64,000 nt of DNA from a virus. Lineage: Duplodnaviria > Heunggongvirae > Uroviricota > Caudoviricetes. The stretch lies in the IMG/VR virus record IMGVR_UViG_2778261631_000002. One strand, written 5' to 3'. The notes below the pieces were generated by a model that saw only the letters and a program-made list of their open reading frames with translations, was not told the origin of the DNA and made no database searches. How positions within the stretch are numbered: the stretch's first letter is position 1; each line of letters begins with the position of its first letter. The position numbers and the translations under genes are program-made. Of this stretch, positions 62,999 through 64,000 are shown in pieces.

Positions 62999-63531
62999 CA
63001 TTCTGGTTGTTCGGGAAACGTTACTGGCAGGATGGAGGTATCTGTAGATTCTACTTTCTGCGCATATAGCATCCACGCGGTTAATTTCTGTTTATTCTCA
63101 TCGGAAATGATGCCCAGCCGTAGCTGTGAGTCCCACAGTTGGGTTTTATCCCTGACAAGTTGCAATAGGCTTTGCTTTTCATTTTCAGCTTGTTGCCTCT
63201 GTTCTTCCTCGGTATAAGTTCGCTTTATCACTACGCCATCTTTGAACATCCATTTACCAGAAATGTCAGCACGGCGATTTGCAGTAATGTCAGCAACCTC
63301 AACCACACTTAAACCTTCTGGATTTATTGTAGATACGTCTTTATTTATAGCCACAATAACTCCATCTGATGTGTAAGCAATTTTTATAGTGTCATCCTGG
63401 AAGTTCTTTTGTTCCTCATACCAGTTTTTACCGTCTTCAGAATACAACCAGACAACACCAAATTGTCGCGTCAATTCATATTGTTCAACAGTTTTTGGAT
63501 TACCTGATCTGATGTTTTTTAAATGCTGCAT
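62998..63531 (-). CDS. Alternative tail fibre assembly protein U'
   Basis: 177-aa ORF, paralogue of U with a conserved N-terminal half. Confidence 0.75.
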   Translation of the reverse strand: MQHLKNIRSGNPKTVEQYELTRQFGVVWLYSEDGKNWYEEQKNFQDDTIKIAYTSDGVIVAINKDVSTINPEGLSVVEVADITANRRADISGKWMFKDGVVIKRTYTEEEQRQQAENEKQSLLQLVRDKTQLWDSQLRLGIISDENKQKLTAWMLYAQKVESTDTSILPVTFPEQPE

Positions 63532-63533
63532 AA

Positions 63534-64000
63534 TTAAATACTTCCCGCGTTATACCATGTACCATTGATACAATACTGCACCGGCCTTGCCTGAGTTGTA
63601 TCAATAAGTTCGTCCTTATTTGAGTTAATTGAGGCAGTAACAACATAACCAGATTTATCGTTCCATCCAGGACCATTCCATGTTTGCACAGACGATTTTG
63701 TACCTAATCGAATACCTGTAATAAATCGTGAATTACATTCTGCTTTGGTATATGCCCCAACATCTCCCGCAGATGGTTTACGTGTTGTAGTATAAAATTC
63801 CGACCAGTCGGCTTCAAAACCATAACCGTCACGCGCAGAACGATAATAAATACCGCCGTTCTTATAATTCACGCGGAACTGAACAGCCGGACAACTACCA
63901 GCTCCCATATAAAAATGGAGAATCAACGTAGATGCTCCACCAATATTAGCGTTATAAACCCCGCTAATCGAGTTCCATCCAACAGCTTTGTCATTTCCAA
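63534..64000 (-). CDS. Alternative tail-fibre variable segment Sv' (partial; lacks its own start, continues past the window end)
   Basis: Open frame ending [11 protein letters not shown] like the S C-terminus; expressed only after inversion. Confidence 0.6.
   Translation of the reverse strand, partial: GNDKAVGWNSISGVYNANIGGASTLILHFYMGAGSCPAVQFRVNYKNGGIYYRSARDGYGFEADWSEFYTTTRKPSAGDVGAYTKAECNSRFITGIRLGTKSSVQTWNGPGWNDKSGYVVTASINSNKDELIDTTQARPVQYCINGTWYNAGSI

Larger units (their letters stand above)
60541..64000. other. Invertible host-range segment (C-segment-like), left part; continues beyond the window
   Basis: Sv and U on the plus strand followed by paralogous U' and Sv' on the minus strand; inner boundary marked by cix. 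Confidence 0.7.

Overview
This 64-kb window reads as a large contiguous block of a P1-like temperate phage-plasmid (enterobacterial), in reverse orientation relative to the usual P1 map. No similarity search or alignment was run: all calls rest on motif reading, ORF architecture and recalled P1 biology, and coordinates of short sites were hand-counted. From left to right it contains: the pacB/pacA terminase pair with the pac hexamer cluster, a putative late-activator gene, the doc/phd addiction module, humD with a LexA box, a long C1-operator-controlled early operon of mostly unknown genes, a cluster of sugar-transferase-like and phosphatase genes, baseplate genes, the ban helicase operon with three tRNAs and TerB-like genes, the bifunctional Dmt methyltransferase, an RdgC homologue, the repA replicon with iterons, parA/parB and a parS-like site, head and sheath genes, the immI region (c4 RNA, icd, ant, kilA, repL), the sit tape-measure and baseplate genes, and the R-S-U tail-fibre operon ending in an invertible segment (cix site, U', Sv'). 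The most interesting material is accessory: an AT-rich island between the structural genes and repL carrying a MazG-like zinc-ribbon protein next to a hok/mok-type toxin locus; an SOS-controlled two-gene operon divergent from humD; a mosaic of repeats with a tRNA-like fragment inside the tRNA operon; and an AT-rich palindrome-dense region with a small hydrophobic ORF. No CRISPR array, integrase or IS element was seen.
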